From the NCBI GenBank assembly GCA_965140585.1, contig OZ223270.1, forward strand, positions 416,001 through 480,000: a stretch of DNA of 64,000 nt, written 5' to 3'. The translations under genes were made by a program, and so were the position numbers. Within the stretch, counting starts at the first letter, position 1. Every line of letters starts with the position of its first letter. Origin of the DNA: Spirochaetia bacterium (GTDB taxonomy: Bacteria; Spirochaetota; Spirochaetia; UBA9216). Shown here piece after piece: positions 50,241 through 59,263 of this stretch. The notes under the pieces were generated by a model. It ran no database searches and was not told the origin of the DNA. It worked only from the letters and a program-made list of their open reading frames with translations.

Positions 50241-50648
50241 TTATCCTTTTACATCCTTCAAAGCAATTTTGAGATTTTTACAGGTTCTTATGAATATATC
50301 TTCTGAAAAAATAAGCATTGATTGAATCTCAATTTTTTCCGGAAGAAATTTATCGGAAATCGGGTATGCTTCAGATAGATGATAATCTGTTGCAATACCT
50401 AATTTTCTGACCTCTTCTTCAGAAAAATTCAGTTCACTTTCAAAATCATTATAAATTTCCAATAAATCATGTGTCTTTAAAACTTTTTTATTTTTATATG
50501 CGTAGTAGGTTTTTAAGGTTATTTCAATCGCGTAATGTATCTCTATAGCGATTATATCTGTAAAATGATCTGCATTCAGTAAAAGTTTTGCCGAACTAAG
50601 GTGATGCCAGGCCTTTATCAGCCATTCTTTAGCCGCTGTTTCGTTCAT
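50241..50648 (-). CDS. HEPN domain protein
   Basis: EWLIKAWHHLSSA, HYAIEITLK, KTHDLLEI, AYP; start at the ATG 50648. Confidence 0.85.
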   Translation of the reverse strand: MNETAAKEWLIKAWHHLSSAKLLLNADHFTDIIAIEIHYAIEITLKTYYAYKNKKVLKTHDLLEIYNDFESELNFSEEEVRKLGIATDYHLSEAYPISDKFLPEKIEIQSMLIFSEDIFIRTCKNLKIALKDVKG

Positions 50649-50964
50649 AAAGAATCTTTCCATTCTGAAGAATGTCTATCTTATAAAAATAATCTTTACG
50701 ATTTAAAATTTTTACCGGGTCATCTGATAAAATATCAAACCCTATTTCATATTTTTTTATCAGTTTTCTAAGATTTAATCTGGCATCGACTCTGTAAGTT
50801 CTGGCTTTTTCGGCTGACAGATTTCCTTTTAGAAGCATAAGATCAATATCACTGTCATCATTCGGAGAGCCATTTGCATAACTGCCGAAAAGTATTATCT
50901 TTTCAGGATCCAAAGATTTGAGACTTTCTATGATTTCAGGCTTAATTTTTTCAATATCAACCAT
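50629..50964 (-). CDS. MNT nucleotidyltransferase
   Basis: PEKIILFGSYANGSPNDDSDIDL...GKILYE; start at MVDIEK. Confidence 0.88.
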   Translation of the reverse strand: MVDIEKIKPEIIESLKSLDPEKIILFGSYANGSPNDDSDIDLMLLKGNLSAEKARTYRVDARLNLRKLIKKYEIGFDILSDDPVKILNRKDYFYKIDILQNGKILYERNSG

Positions 50965-50974
50965 AATCTGAATA

Positions 50975-51242
50975 TTATAAAACAAACCTTTTCCATTCAA
51001 GCTGACAGCCCTGAAAATTGAGCAGATAACCCACTTTACAGCCAGCGATATGCAGATAATTGATTAACTGTGCTGAATGCGCCTCTGAGAACTGTTTAAC
51101 CGACTTTAGTTCAAGAATAACCTTGTTTTCATTAACAAGGTCCGCAAAATACTCACCCACACGGTTACCCTTGTATTCAACATTATAGGGCACATTGTCC
51201 CCAACCGATAACCTTATAACTTAAATCTTTGTACAGAACCAT
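50975..51242 (-). pseudogene. GxxExxY protein (PD-(D/E)XK-like), internally deleted
   Basis: GGAGG RBS + MVLYKDLSYKVIG, then jumps to PYNVEYKGNRVGEYFADLVNENKVILELKSV...AQLINYL...GYLLNF; the GxxExxY motif segment is missing. Confidence 0.82.
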
Positions 51243-51247
51243 ATCTG

Positions 51248-51388
51248 CCTCCTGCATTTTTATACAGAAGACACAGATCCGCTTTTCTGATTCTCAAGGA
51301 TGAGCGTAAATCAGCAACGCTGATTCGCGAACTTGCCTTGTCCTTGAAAATAAGAAAACTGATAGTAAAATGAAAAATCTGCAGGAGG
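51248..51388 (-). promoter_or_regulatory. Long imperfect hairpin covering the GxxExxY ribosome-binding site
   Basis: Arms 51248-56/51380-88, 51283-300/51341-58 (16/18), 51309-15/51319-25, loop AAC. Confidence 0.65.
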
Positions 51389-51496
51389 AATATACTAACT
51401 ATTGCTCTAATAGCTGCCAGCCATTACCCTATATATACCAGTGTTTTCAGTGGCCAAATAACCGTAAACTCTGAGAGCTGCTACAATAGACTATAT

Positions 51497-51790
51497 TTAC
51501 TTCAGCAGAATTCCGGAGTCTTCGATTTCTGATTTTAATAGCGAGTTTGTATTTTTGTTATATTGAACAATATCAAAGGGGTATTCTATTCCGCGTCTTT
51601 CGATATCAGCCAAAAATATAATCTTTTTTTATTAAAGATTATTTTCCTGTCGTTATTTTTAACAGCAAGATCTATATCTCCATCTTTCTTTTTATCATCT
51701 GTTCTGCTGCCGAATAAATAAACCGGATCAACACCGAAGTTTTTTTGCTGATATTAGAATTTCAGATTTTAAAGTTTCAGTTAATCTCAT
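51497..51790 (-). pseudogene. MNT nucleotidyltransferase with two homopolymer frameshifts
   Basis: MRLTETLKSEILISAK / FGVDPVYLFGSRTDDKKKDGDIDLAVK... / IIFLADIERRGIEYPFDIVQY...IEDSGILLK*; shifts at T7 51740-51746 and T7 51624-51630. Confidence 0.8.
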
Positions 51791-51852
51791 AAGAAAAAGC
51801 CCTTTTGGATTTAGTATAAAGTTATTAATTCTATCGATCAAATCCTATTTAA

Positions 51853-52392
51853 CTAAAACACAACCATCCCGATCACAGCCCCCGTCAGGATATATACCGG
51901 GGCCGGCAGCGGTTTGATTCTGTATGCGGCAAACAGGACAGCGAAAAGTATTAACGCAGGGATATTGATGCTGAAAGCCGGGGTGTCATTTAACAGGCTT
52001 TTAATGATCACATACCATGATGCAGAAGCAATAAGCCCAATGGCTGCCGGGCGGATACCCCACAGCACATTTTTAACGATTCTTTTTGAAGCATAATTCT
52101 TCATAAATGCAGCAATAAGAATGATAATTACTAGAGACGGAAGAACTATACCTGTAGTTGCAGCAAGAGACCCTTGAGCGGATGCAAGTTTGAAGCCGGT
52201 GTATGTTGCCATATTGATCCCTATCGGGCCCGGTGTCGACTGGCTTACGGCTATCATATCAATAAACTCATTGCCTCTAAGTAGCCCGCCGTCAACAACA
52301 GCAGTTTTTAGCAGAGGAAGGCTGGCCAGACCGCCGCCTATGGTAAAAAAGCCGATACGGATGAACATCAGAAACAGGTGAAGTATACTCAT
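51853..52392 (-). CDS. Chromate transporter (short-chain CHR), subunit 2
   Basis: IGFFTIGGG, SQSTPGPIGIN.ATY.G. Confidence 0.9.
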   Translation of the reverse strand: MSILHLFLMFIRIGFFTIGGGLASLPLLKTAVVDGGLLRGNEFIDMIAVSQSTPGPIGINMATYTGFKLASAQGSLAATTGIVLPSLVIIILIAAFMKNYASKRIVKNVLWGIRPAAIGLIASASWYVIIKSLLNDTPAFSINIPALILFAVLFAAYRIKPLPAPVYILTGAVIGMVVF

Positions 52393-52934
52393 ATTTTTTT
52401 CCTTTCAACTGTGCTCTTTATCAAGCCGACAGCAGCCCCGGCTATTATCACAGGTACAGGGGAAAAACTGAAAACAGCAGCAGCTATGAAGGCAGCCACT
52501 GAAATTATTACCTCAACCGGCGATCTCCATCCTTTTTTTACAAGACTGATAAGTGTATTAACCAGAAGAACCGAAACAGCCACCCTTATACCAAGGAAGG
52601 CTTTCTGAACCAGGGCAATTTCCTGAAACCTGGGCAGAAAAACAGCAATTATCATTATTATAATAAGGGAGGGGGTTACCATCCCGACAGTCGAAACAAC
52701 AGCTCCCGGTATTCCTCGCTTTCTATATCCGACAAATGTTGCAGTATTGATAGCAATTATCCCAGGTGTTGCCTGTCCGATTGCATAGTAATCAAGCAGC
52801 TCTTCATCAGTCAGCCATCCTCTCTTTTCTATCAGCTCATCCCTGAGCATCGGAAGCATTACGTACCCGCCCCCTATGGAAAACAGGCCTATCCTGAAAA
52901 ATAGAAAATACAGAAGAATAAGTTCGTTAAGCAT
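52389..52934 (-). CDS. Chromate transporter (short-chain CHR), subunit 1
   Basis: IGLFSIGGGY, GQATPGIIAIN.ATFVG. Confidence 0.9.
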   Translation of the reverse strand: MLNELILLYFLFFRIGLFSIGGGYVMLPMLRDELIEKRGWLTDEELLDYYAIGQATPGIIAINTATFVGYRKRGIPGAVVSTVGMVTPSLIIIMIIAVFLPRFQEIALVQKAFLGIRVAVSVLLVNTLISLVKKGWRSPVEVIISVAAFIAAAVFSFSPVPVIIAGAAVGLIKSTVERKKI

Positions 52935-53014
52935 AGACCCATATTACTTATTTGACAAAAGTTATAAAAGCCGGATTCTTGCATCAGCATAACTAAATAT
53001 ATTATTATCAGTAA

Positions 53015-53989
53015 ATGAGCAATTTACAGGTTTACGGAATTGGAAACGTCCTGATTGACGTTGTAGTGCATGTTACTGATGAAGATTTGGCAGGCCTCGG
53101 GCTTGATAAGGGAATAATGAAACTCACCGAGGGTGAGGAAAGAAATAAAATAGTTGAATTTATCAAGACCAAGCAACCCGAGTTTCACTGCGGAGGGTCA
53201 GCACCCAACACAATCATTACACTGTCACAGCTTGGTATAAATGCAGCACTTTCAGGTAAAATTGGACCTGATGATTTAGGAGACCGCTACGAAAAACAGC
53301 TTAAGGACCATAATGTTACCTCCTACCTAAAACGCGGTGAAGGCAACACCGGGACAAGCATCATCATGGTAAGTCCCGATTCCGAACGGACAATGAACAC
53401 CTCCCTTGAAATTAACCGTGAATACGGAATAGAGAACATACAGCCTGACGCAATTGCCGGGGCAGAATACCTCTATTTTACCGGGTATATGTGGGATACG
53501 GAATCGCAGAAGAACGCCCTGACTAAAGCAATCGAAATTGCCAAGGACGCGGGAACGAAAATAGTCTTTGATGCTGCCGACCCGTTTGCAGTCAACAGAA
53601 GTGAAGGTGAATTCTGCCGCCTTGTAGAAAACCATTTCGACATCGTATTTGCCAATGCTGAAGAAGCCAGGCTGATGTTCGGCTCTGACGATGTGGTTAA
53701 ATGCACAGAAATGCTGTCTGAAATCTGCGATATTGCAGTCGTAAAAAACGGCGCACAAGGTTCAGTTGTCCGAAAGGGGGCTGAATCCTATCAAATTCCT
53801 GTATACAAAACGAAGGCTGTTGATACTACAGGAGCCGGAGATATCTACGCTGCTGGCTTTCTCTACGGACTGTGCACCGGAAAAAGCCTAGAGCGAAGCG
53901 GACATATCGCATCAAAACTTGCATCAGGCATTGTGGGCCAGGTAGGCGCCCAATTCACAGCAGAAAGACTGAAAAGTATCGAGATTTAA
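53015..53989 (+). CDS. PfkB family (adenosine-kinase-like) carbohydrate kinase
   Basis: GNVLID, GGSAPN, ANAEE, VDTTGAGDIYAAGF. Confidence 0.9.
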   Translation: MSNLQVYGIGNVLIDVVVHVTDEDLAGLGLDKGIMKLTEGEERNKIVEFIKTKQPEFHCGGSAPNTIITLSQLGINAALSGKIGPDDLGDRYEKQLKDHNVTSYLKRGEGNTGTSIIMVSPDSERTMNTSLEINREYGIENIQPDAIAGAEYLYFTGYMWDTESQKNALTKAIEIAKDAGTKIVFDAADPFAVNRSEGEFCRLVENHFDIVFANAEEARLMFGSDDVVKCTEMLSEICDIAVVKNGAQGSVVRKGAESYQIPVYKTKAVDTTGAGDIYAAGFLYGLCTGKSLERSGHIASKLASGIVGQVGAQFTAERLKSIEI

Positions 53990-54012
53990 TGTTTTTAATT
54001 ATATGGATAATC

Positions 54013-54039
54013 AAGCGGCCGGAATTAGGCCGCTTTTTT
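54013..54039 (+). terminator. Rho-independent terminator
   Basis: aagcggcc-ggaatta-ggccgctt followed by T run. Confidence 0.75.
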
Positions 54040-54547
54040 AATCTATCAGATAACCGGTAAAGCCGATTCCATACCTGGTATATGACTCTTCACCAAAGAC
54101 ATAGGCTGCGTCAAAATAAAATCCGCCCAGAGATATTCGTGCTCCAAGTTCAGGATTAATATGATACACAGAACTTTCATCTGTAGAATGCAGCATCACA
54201 GCACCGCCGTAGGATCTGAATGCCAGGATTTTTCCAAGGCTCATGTCCGCGTAAACATGTATGGGAATATCTATGAGGGCCGTCTCTCCATTCCCATAAT
54301 CATAGGTTAAATAGAGAAAACCAAGTTCTCCACCCGCCGAAAGAAACTTATTGACTCTGTAACCTGCACCAAGCAAGCCTCCTGCCCTGAAATAAGAAAT
54401 AGAGCCTGGAAACTGAGAGGACTCTTCATCCCGGAGATTATATGCGTTGTAGTAGAGTCCTGCGGAGATATCGACGGTCAACCCGTCGGCCGTCGCAAAC
54501 CCTGAAATAGACAGTGAGAGTATTGTGAGGATAATTGCCTTTTTCAA
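54038..54547 (-). CDS. Small outer-membrane beta-barrel-like protein
   Basis: Signal peptide (ATA), alternating Gly/aromatic strands. Confidence 0.55.
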   Translation of the reverse strand: MKKAIILTILSLSISGFATADGLTVDISAGLYYNAYNLRDEESSQFPGSISYFRAGGLLGAGYRVNKFLSAGGELGFLYLTYDYGNGETALIDIPIHVYADMSLGKILAFRSYGGAVMLHSTDESSVYHINPELGARISLGGFYFDAAYVFGEESYTRYGIGFTGYLID

Positions 54548-54607
54548 AATATGCTCCCTTTTTTAATTAGTCATTTTATAATTGTATTTATTATCGGAAT
54601 ATAATGC

Positions 54608-54637
54608 AAAAAAATAGCCGCCTTTTTCAAGACGGCT
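54608..54637 (-). terminator. Rho-independent terminator after aspS
   Basis: agccgtc...ggcggct hairpin on the minus strand (one G-U) followed by T7. Confidence 0.7.
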
Positions 54638-54657
54638 TTAAATTTTTATTGGAAGGT

Positions 54658-56433
54658 TTATTCTTCGCTGATCATCGAAATCTCAAGGCTGAGTTCCTCA
54701 AGCTGTGATTCTTCTACCGGACCCGGTGCATCGGACATCATACAGGTGGCCTTCTGTGTCTTTGGGAAGGCAATTACGTCTCTGATTGAATCTGTGCCGA
54801 TGAAAAGCATCATGATTCTGTCCAGACCGAGGGCAAGTCCTGCATGAGGCGGCGCTCCGTACTGGAGGGCTTCAAGAAGGAAGCCGAACTTGAGTTTTGC
54901 TTCTTCTTCATCTATACCAAGCAGGCTGAATATCTTCTGCTGCATTACATTGTCGTGAATTCTCACTGAGCCTCCGCCTATTTCGTTTCCATTAAGAACA
55001 AGGTCGTATGCATTGGTTTTTACAGCAAAAACATCGGTATCAAGCAGTTCTTCGTCTTCCGGTCTCGGTGCAGTGAATGGATGATGCATTGAATTAGGTT
55101 TACCGTTGTCATCCTTTTCAAAAAGCGGGAAGTCAACAACCCAGAGAAAGTTGAACTCGTTCTTGTCGAGAAGACCGAGTTTTTCACCCATTAGAAGTCT
55201 GAGTGCGGCAAGGCTCTGGCAGACAACCTTTTCCTTGTCGGCAACAAATATCAGAACATCACCTGTTTCTGCTCCCATTCTTTCATAAAGAGCCTTGGAC
55301 TCTTCCTCAGTAAAGAATTTAACAATCGGAGACTGGGGCCCGTCTGCATTTATCTTTATCCATGCAACACCCTTGCCCCGGAACGGTTTGATGTACGGGG
55401 TCATTTCATCAAGGTCTTTTCTACTAAGCTTGTCGGCAGCGCCCTTGAGGTTGATACAGCGAACGAGGCCCCCTGATGCTACAGCGTTTTTAAAAACACC
55501 GAAGCCTGAGTCTGAGAAAACATCGGAACAGTCAACGATCTCAAGGCCGAAACGAAGGTCCGGCTTATCGTTACCATATTTACGCATTGACTCTTCATAG
55601 CTGAGTCTCGGGAAAGGAAGTGCTATATCCTTATTAAAGATATCCTTCATCAGCTTTTTAAAGAGACCTTCGAGCATGTTGATGATATCGTCACGGTCAA
55701 CAAAGGACATCTCAAGGTCAACCTGGGTAAACTCCGGCTGTCTGTCGGCGCGGAGGTCCTCATCCCTAAAACACTTGGCAATCTGGAAATATCTGTCGAA
55801 GCCTGAAATCATAAGAGTCTGCTTGAAAAGCTGGGGACTCTGGGGCAGCGCGTAGAACATTCCCGGGTTTACACGGCTTGGAACTAGATAGTCACGTGCG
55901 CCTTCGGGTGTTGATTTCTGAAGAATCGGAGTTTCAACCTCAACAAAATCATTATCAAGAAAGTAGTTGCGGATCATTCCGGTTACCTTACTTCTGAAGA
56001 TCATGTTGTTCTGAAGCTGCTTTCCACGAAGATCGAGGTATCTGTGAACAAGCCTGGTCTCTGCGTTTACGCTCTCAGAATGCTGTACATCGAAGGGCGG
56101 AGTCTTTGATTTATTGAGAAGCTCAAAACTCTTTACGTAAACTTCAATATCACCGGTATCAAGGTTGGCATTCGCCATTCCTTCCGGTCTTGCCCTTACT
56201 TCACCCTCAACAGCAACTACAAACTGGCTTCTGAGTGTATGAGCCACGGCGTGAGCTTCCGGGGCAACCTGCGGATCAAAGACAATCTGGGTAAGCCCCC
56301 ATCTGTCGTGGAGGTCGATAAAGGCAACGCCTCCGTGATCGCGGTAGTTTTCAACCCATCCGTTAAGAACGATGCTTTTGCCTGCATCTTCCTTTCTGAG
56401 CTGTCCGCAGTTATGTGTTCTCTTCAGTTTCAT
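54658..56433 (-). CDS. aspS: Aspartyl-tRNA synthetase, likely non-discriminating
   Basis: RTHNCG, RDHGG, PQSPQLFKQ, CFRDEDLRADRQPEFTQ, GLDR. Confidence 0.96.
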   Translation of the reverse strand: MKLKRTHNCGQLRKEDAGKSIVLNGWVENYRDHGGVAFIDLHDRWGLTQIVFDPQVAPEAHAVAHTLRSQFVVAVEGEVRARPEGMANANLDTGDIEVYVKSFELLNKSKTPPFDVQHSESVNAETRLVHRYLDLRGKQLQNNMIFRSKVTGMIRNYFLDNDFVEVETPILQKSTPEGARDYLVPSRVNPGMFYALPQSPQLFKQTLMISGFDRYFQIAKCFRDEDLRADRQPEFTQVDLEMSFVDRDDIINMLEGLFKKLMKDIFNKDIALPFPRLSYEESMRKYGNDKPDLRFGLEIVDCSDVFSDSGFGVFKNAVASGGLVRCINLKGAADKLSRKDLDEMTPYIKPFRGKGVAWIKINADGPQSPIVKFFTEEESKALYERMGAETGDVLIFVADKEKVVCQSLAALRLLMGEKLGLLDKNEFNFLWVVDFPLFEKDDNGKPNSMHHPFTAPRPEDEELLDTDVFAVKTNAYDLVLNGNEIGGGSVRIHDNVMQQKIFSLLGIDEEEAKLKFGFLLEALQYGAPPHAGLALGLDRIMMLFIGTDSIRDVIAFPKTQKATCMMSDAPGPVEESQLEELSLEISMISEE

Positions 56434-57875
56434 TATTTATCCTCTATAAGTTTGCTAATTATACTCTGTACCGATTGCGGATTGGCTGTTCCCTTGGTAG
56501 CAGCCATAACCTTTCCGACGACAAATCCCCTTGGTTTCTGATCACCGGCTTTAAGCTGCTCAACAACCTTCGGATTTTCATCAAGGACCTTTTTTACAAT
56601 ATCTTCGAGTGCGCCATCATCGGCACTCTGATCCCAACCCTTTTCTTTTATTATTGTATCGGGATCCTTGTCATCATTAAAAATTGCCTGCAGAGTTTGA
56701 GCGGCTATTTTACCATGAATTTTATTATCATCAAGCATTTTCAGAAGCGATGTAAACCTCTCCACTGTCAGCGCAGAAGCCTCTGTTCCAAGGTCGGCCT
56801 TCGACATTCCCTTACTGTTAAGCACCTTCGCAACGTTGCCCATTATCCACTTTGCGGCGCTTGAAGCATCGGCCCCGGCAGCAGCGACCTGTTCAAAATA
56901 TTCTGCGCAGGTTTTCTCTTCGCAGAGGTAATCCGCCTGATCTTCGGTAAGGCCGAAATCCTTCACAAAGCGCTGCTTGCGGGCAAGCGGAAGCTCAGTA
57001 AGTGAATCTTCAATCATTGCGAAGAAGGCTTCATCCGGTCTGAAAGGCGGAAGGTCCGGCTCTGGAAAATAACGGTAGTCGTGGGCCTGTTCCTTACTTC
57101 TCATGCTTTCAGTGACTGAACGCTTTTCATCCCAGAGACGGGTTTCCTGAACAATTGTTCCGCCGCCGTTTATAACCTTTTCCTGCCGCTTTCGTTCATA
57201 CATCAGGGCTTTGTTAACAAAGCTTGATGAGTTGAGGTTCTTTATTTCAACCTTTCTTCCAAGACCCTTGCCCGGAAGGTTGATTGAGATGTTTGCGTCG
57301 CAGCGCATCGATCCCTCTTCCATGTTTCCATCGCAGACGCCGAGATGTCTTACAGTACGTCTGAATGCCTGAAGAAAATCCTCGGCCTCATCACCGGTTT
57401 TAAACTCAGGCTCGGTAACGATCTCAAGAAGGCAGGTTCCGGCACGGTTGTAGTCGCAGTAGGACTTTCCGCCCTCGTGAATCATCTTTCCTGCATCCTC
57501 TTCAAGGTGAATCTCGTGAAAGTTTATCTTCTTGATTTCCCCGCCTGATTCGTATTCAAAGAAACCTTTCTGTCCAAATGGATTGGTAAACTGGGAAATC
57601 TGATAGTTCTTGGTTAAATCCGGATAAAAGTAGTTCTTTCTCTCAAAAACACCGTTTGTTGCCAGTTCACAGTTCATTGCGCGGCATACAATGTATGAGA
57701 GCTTTACGGCTTCTTCATTAAGCGCCGGCAGAACTCCAGGGTAGCCGAGACAGACCGGGCAGACATTGCTGTTCGGTTCATCTCCGAATTTGGATTTGCA
57801 TCCGCAGAAGATCTTAGTCTCGGTAAGAAGCTGGATATGTATTTCAAGTCCTATAAACGTTTCGTATACTGACAT
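56433..57875 (-). CDS. gatB: Asp/Glu-tRNA amidotransferase subunit B
   Basis: IGLEIHIQL, RKNYFYPDL, HLEEDAGK, GSMRCDAN, DYRYFPEPDL. Confidence 0.97.
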   Translation of the reverse strand: MSVYETFIGLEIHIQLLTETKIFCGCKSKFGDEPNSNVCPVCLGYPGVLPALNEEAVKLSYIVCRAMNCELATNGVFERKNYFYPDLTKNYQISQFTNPFGQKGFFEYESGGEIKKINFHEIHLEEDAGKMIHEGGKSYCDYNRAGTCLLEIVTEPEFKTGDEAEDFLQAFRRTVRHLGVCDGNMEEGSMRCDANISINLPGKGLGRKVEIKNLNSSSFVNKALMYERKRQEKVINGGGTIVQETRLWDEKRSVTESMRSKEQAHDYRYFPEPDLPPFRPDEAFFAMIEDSLTELPLARKQRFVKDFGLTEDQADYLCEEKTCAEYFEQVAAAGADASSAAKWIMGNVAKVLNSKGMSKADLGTEASALTVERFTSLLKMLDDNKIHGKIAAQTLQAIFNDDKDPDTIIKEKGWDQSADDGALEDIVKKVLDENPKVVEQLKAGDQKPRGFVVGKVMAATKGTANPQSVQSIISKLIEDK

Positions 57876-59227
57876 CAGAGGGCCTCCATCTTTGCAGAAC
57901 AGCTTGCCGGAGGAAGCACTTCTGCGAGTTTTTCAGCAGCCTTGAAGATTCTTTCCTCGGAAAAAACAGGCCCCATGAGCTGCATACCGACCGGAAGTCC
58001 GTTTTCAACCGATACCGGAACACTCATCGCCGGAATTCCGGCAAGGTTGGCCGCTACTGTAAACTTATCGGCAAGCTTCTGCTGGAACTGGTCAAGGCTC
58101 TGATCGCCGTGTTTGAATGCTGAAGTAGGGAATGCGGGCATCATGACAAGGTCCGCACTATTAAAAACTTCGTCAAACTCGTTTCTTATTGCGGTTCTTA
58201 TCTTCTGGGCCTTTGTGTAATACTGATCCTGGAAGCCTGAACGCAGAACATAGGTTCCCATCAGAATTCTAAGCTTAACCTCATCACCGAAACCCTCATC
58301 GCGTGATTTTCTTACAAGATCTTCAAAGGCTTCTACACCGTCGCTTCTGTGACCGTATCGTACACCGTTGTAGCGTGCAAGGTTCGCACTGGCTTCACCC
58401 ATTGCTATTGTATAGTAAGCGGCAATTCCGTAGTCGAGCATCGGAAGGCTTACCTTTTTAATCGTGTAGCCAATCTTTTCAAATGCTTCAACAGCCTTTT
58501 TATATGCCGCTTCAACCTCAGACTTAAGCCCAAGATCTCCACCAAGAACTGCGATAGTTTTTGATTCTTCCGAAGCAGGGATATGGTCAACCGAGGTCTG
58601 GTCCATACCGTCCTTGGCCTTGATGATATTAAAAACCGTTCTGGCGGTATCAACGCTTTCTGCAAGTACTCCTACAACTTCGAGAGAAGAGGCATAGGCG
58701 ACAAGGCCGAAACGTGAAACAACGCCGTATGTGGGTTTTAGTCCGTATACGCCGCAGAAAGAAGCGGGCTGGCGTATTGATCCGCCTGTATCTGAACCAA
58801 GTGCAAAGGGAACAAGTCCCGCAGCAACAGCAGCAGCCGAACCGCCGCTTGAACCGCCGCAGACGCATTCGGTGTTCCAGGGGTTATTTGAAACGGCAAG
58901 CGCCGAATTATCAGAGGAAGACCCCATCCCGAACTCATCAAGATTAGCCTTACCCGCAACAACCGCTCCGGCATCCTTCAGTCTTTTAATCGCCGTGGCG
59001 TCATAGGGAGAAACAAAATCCTTGAGCATTTTGGATCCGCATGTAAGATGCAGACCTTCTACGGAAATATTATCCTTAACTCCGAAGGGAACTCCATCCA
59101 GAGCTCCGCCGGTTTTTCTGGAAGAAAATGCCTCTTCCCGTTCCTCGAACTCCAGAAAACTGGAGAACGGTTTATCATGTTCTTTAACGCCGGAAATATA
59201 GTCTTTCCAGTTTTTTACTGTAGTCAT
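57875..59227 (-). CDS. gatA: Asp/Glu-tRNA amidotransferase subunit A
   Basis: VKDN, NLDEFGMGSS, GGSSGGSAAAVA, GSDTGGSIRQPA. Confidence 0.96.
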   Translation of the reverse strand: MTTVKNWKDYISGVKEHDKPFSSFLEFEEREEAFSSRKTGGALDGVPFGVKDNISVEGLHLTCGSKMLKDFVSPYDATAIKRLKDAGAVVAGKANLDEFGMGSSSDNSALAVSNNPWNTECVCGGSSGGSAAAVAAGLVPFALGSDTGGSIRQPASFCGVYGLKPTYGVVSRFGLVAYASSLEVVGVLAESVDTARTVFNIIKAKDGMDQTSVDHIPASEESKTIAVLGGDLGLKSEVEAAYKKAVEAFEKIGYTIKKVSLPMLDYGIAAYYTIAMGEASANLARYNGVRYGHRSDGVEAFEDLVRKSRDEGFGDEVKLRILMGTYVLRSGFQDQYYTKAQKIRTAIRNEFDEVFNSADLVMMPAFPTSAFKHGDQSLDQFQQKLADKFTVAANLAGIPAMSVPVSVENGLPVGMQLMGPVFSEERIFKAAEKLAEVLPPASCSAKMEAL

Positions 59228-59263
59228 ATTATCAACCTTTGTAATATCGGTGGATTATGTAAA

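Larger units (their letters stand above)
50971..51463. repeat. Copy 2 of GxxExxY + hairpin leader repeat
   Basis: Longer copy; retains the ~250 bp (51069-51318) absent from copy 1. Confidence 0.85.

Noticed and set aside
51248-51388. Hairpin as an integron attC site
   Set aside because: No RYYYAAC/GTTRRRY ends at the arm termini, it lies upstream rather than downstream of the gene, and no integrase is in the window
49211-51790. IS element or prophage remnant
   Set aside because: No transposase, integrase, terminal inverted repeats with target duplication, or phage genes recognised
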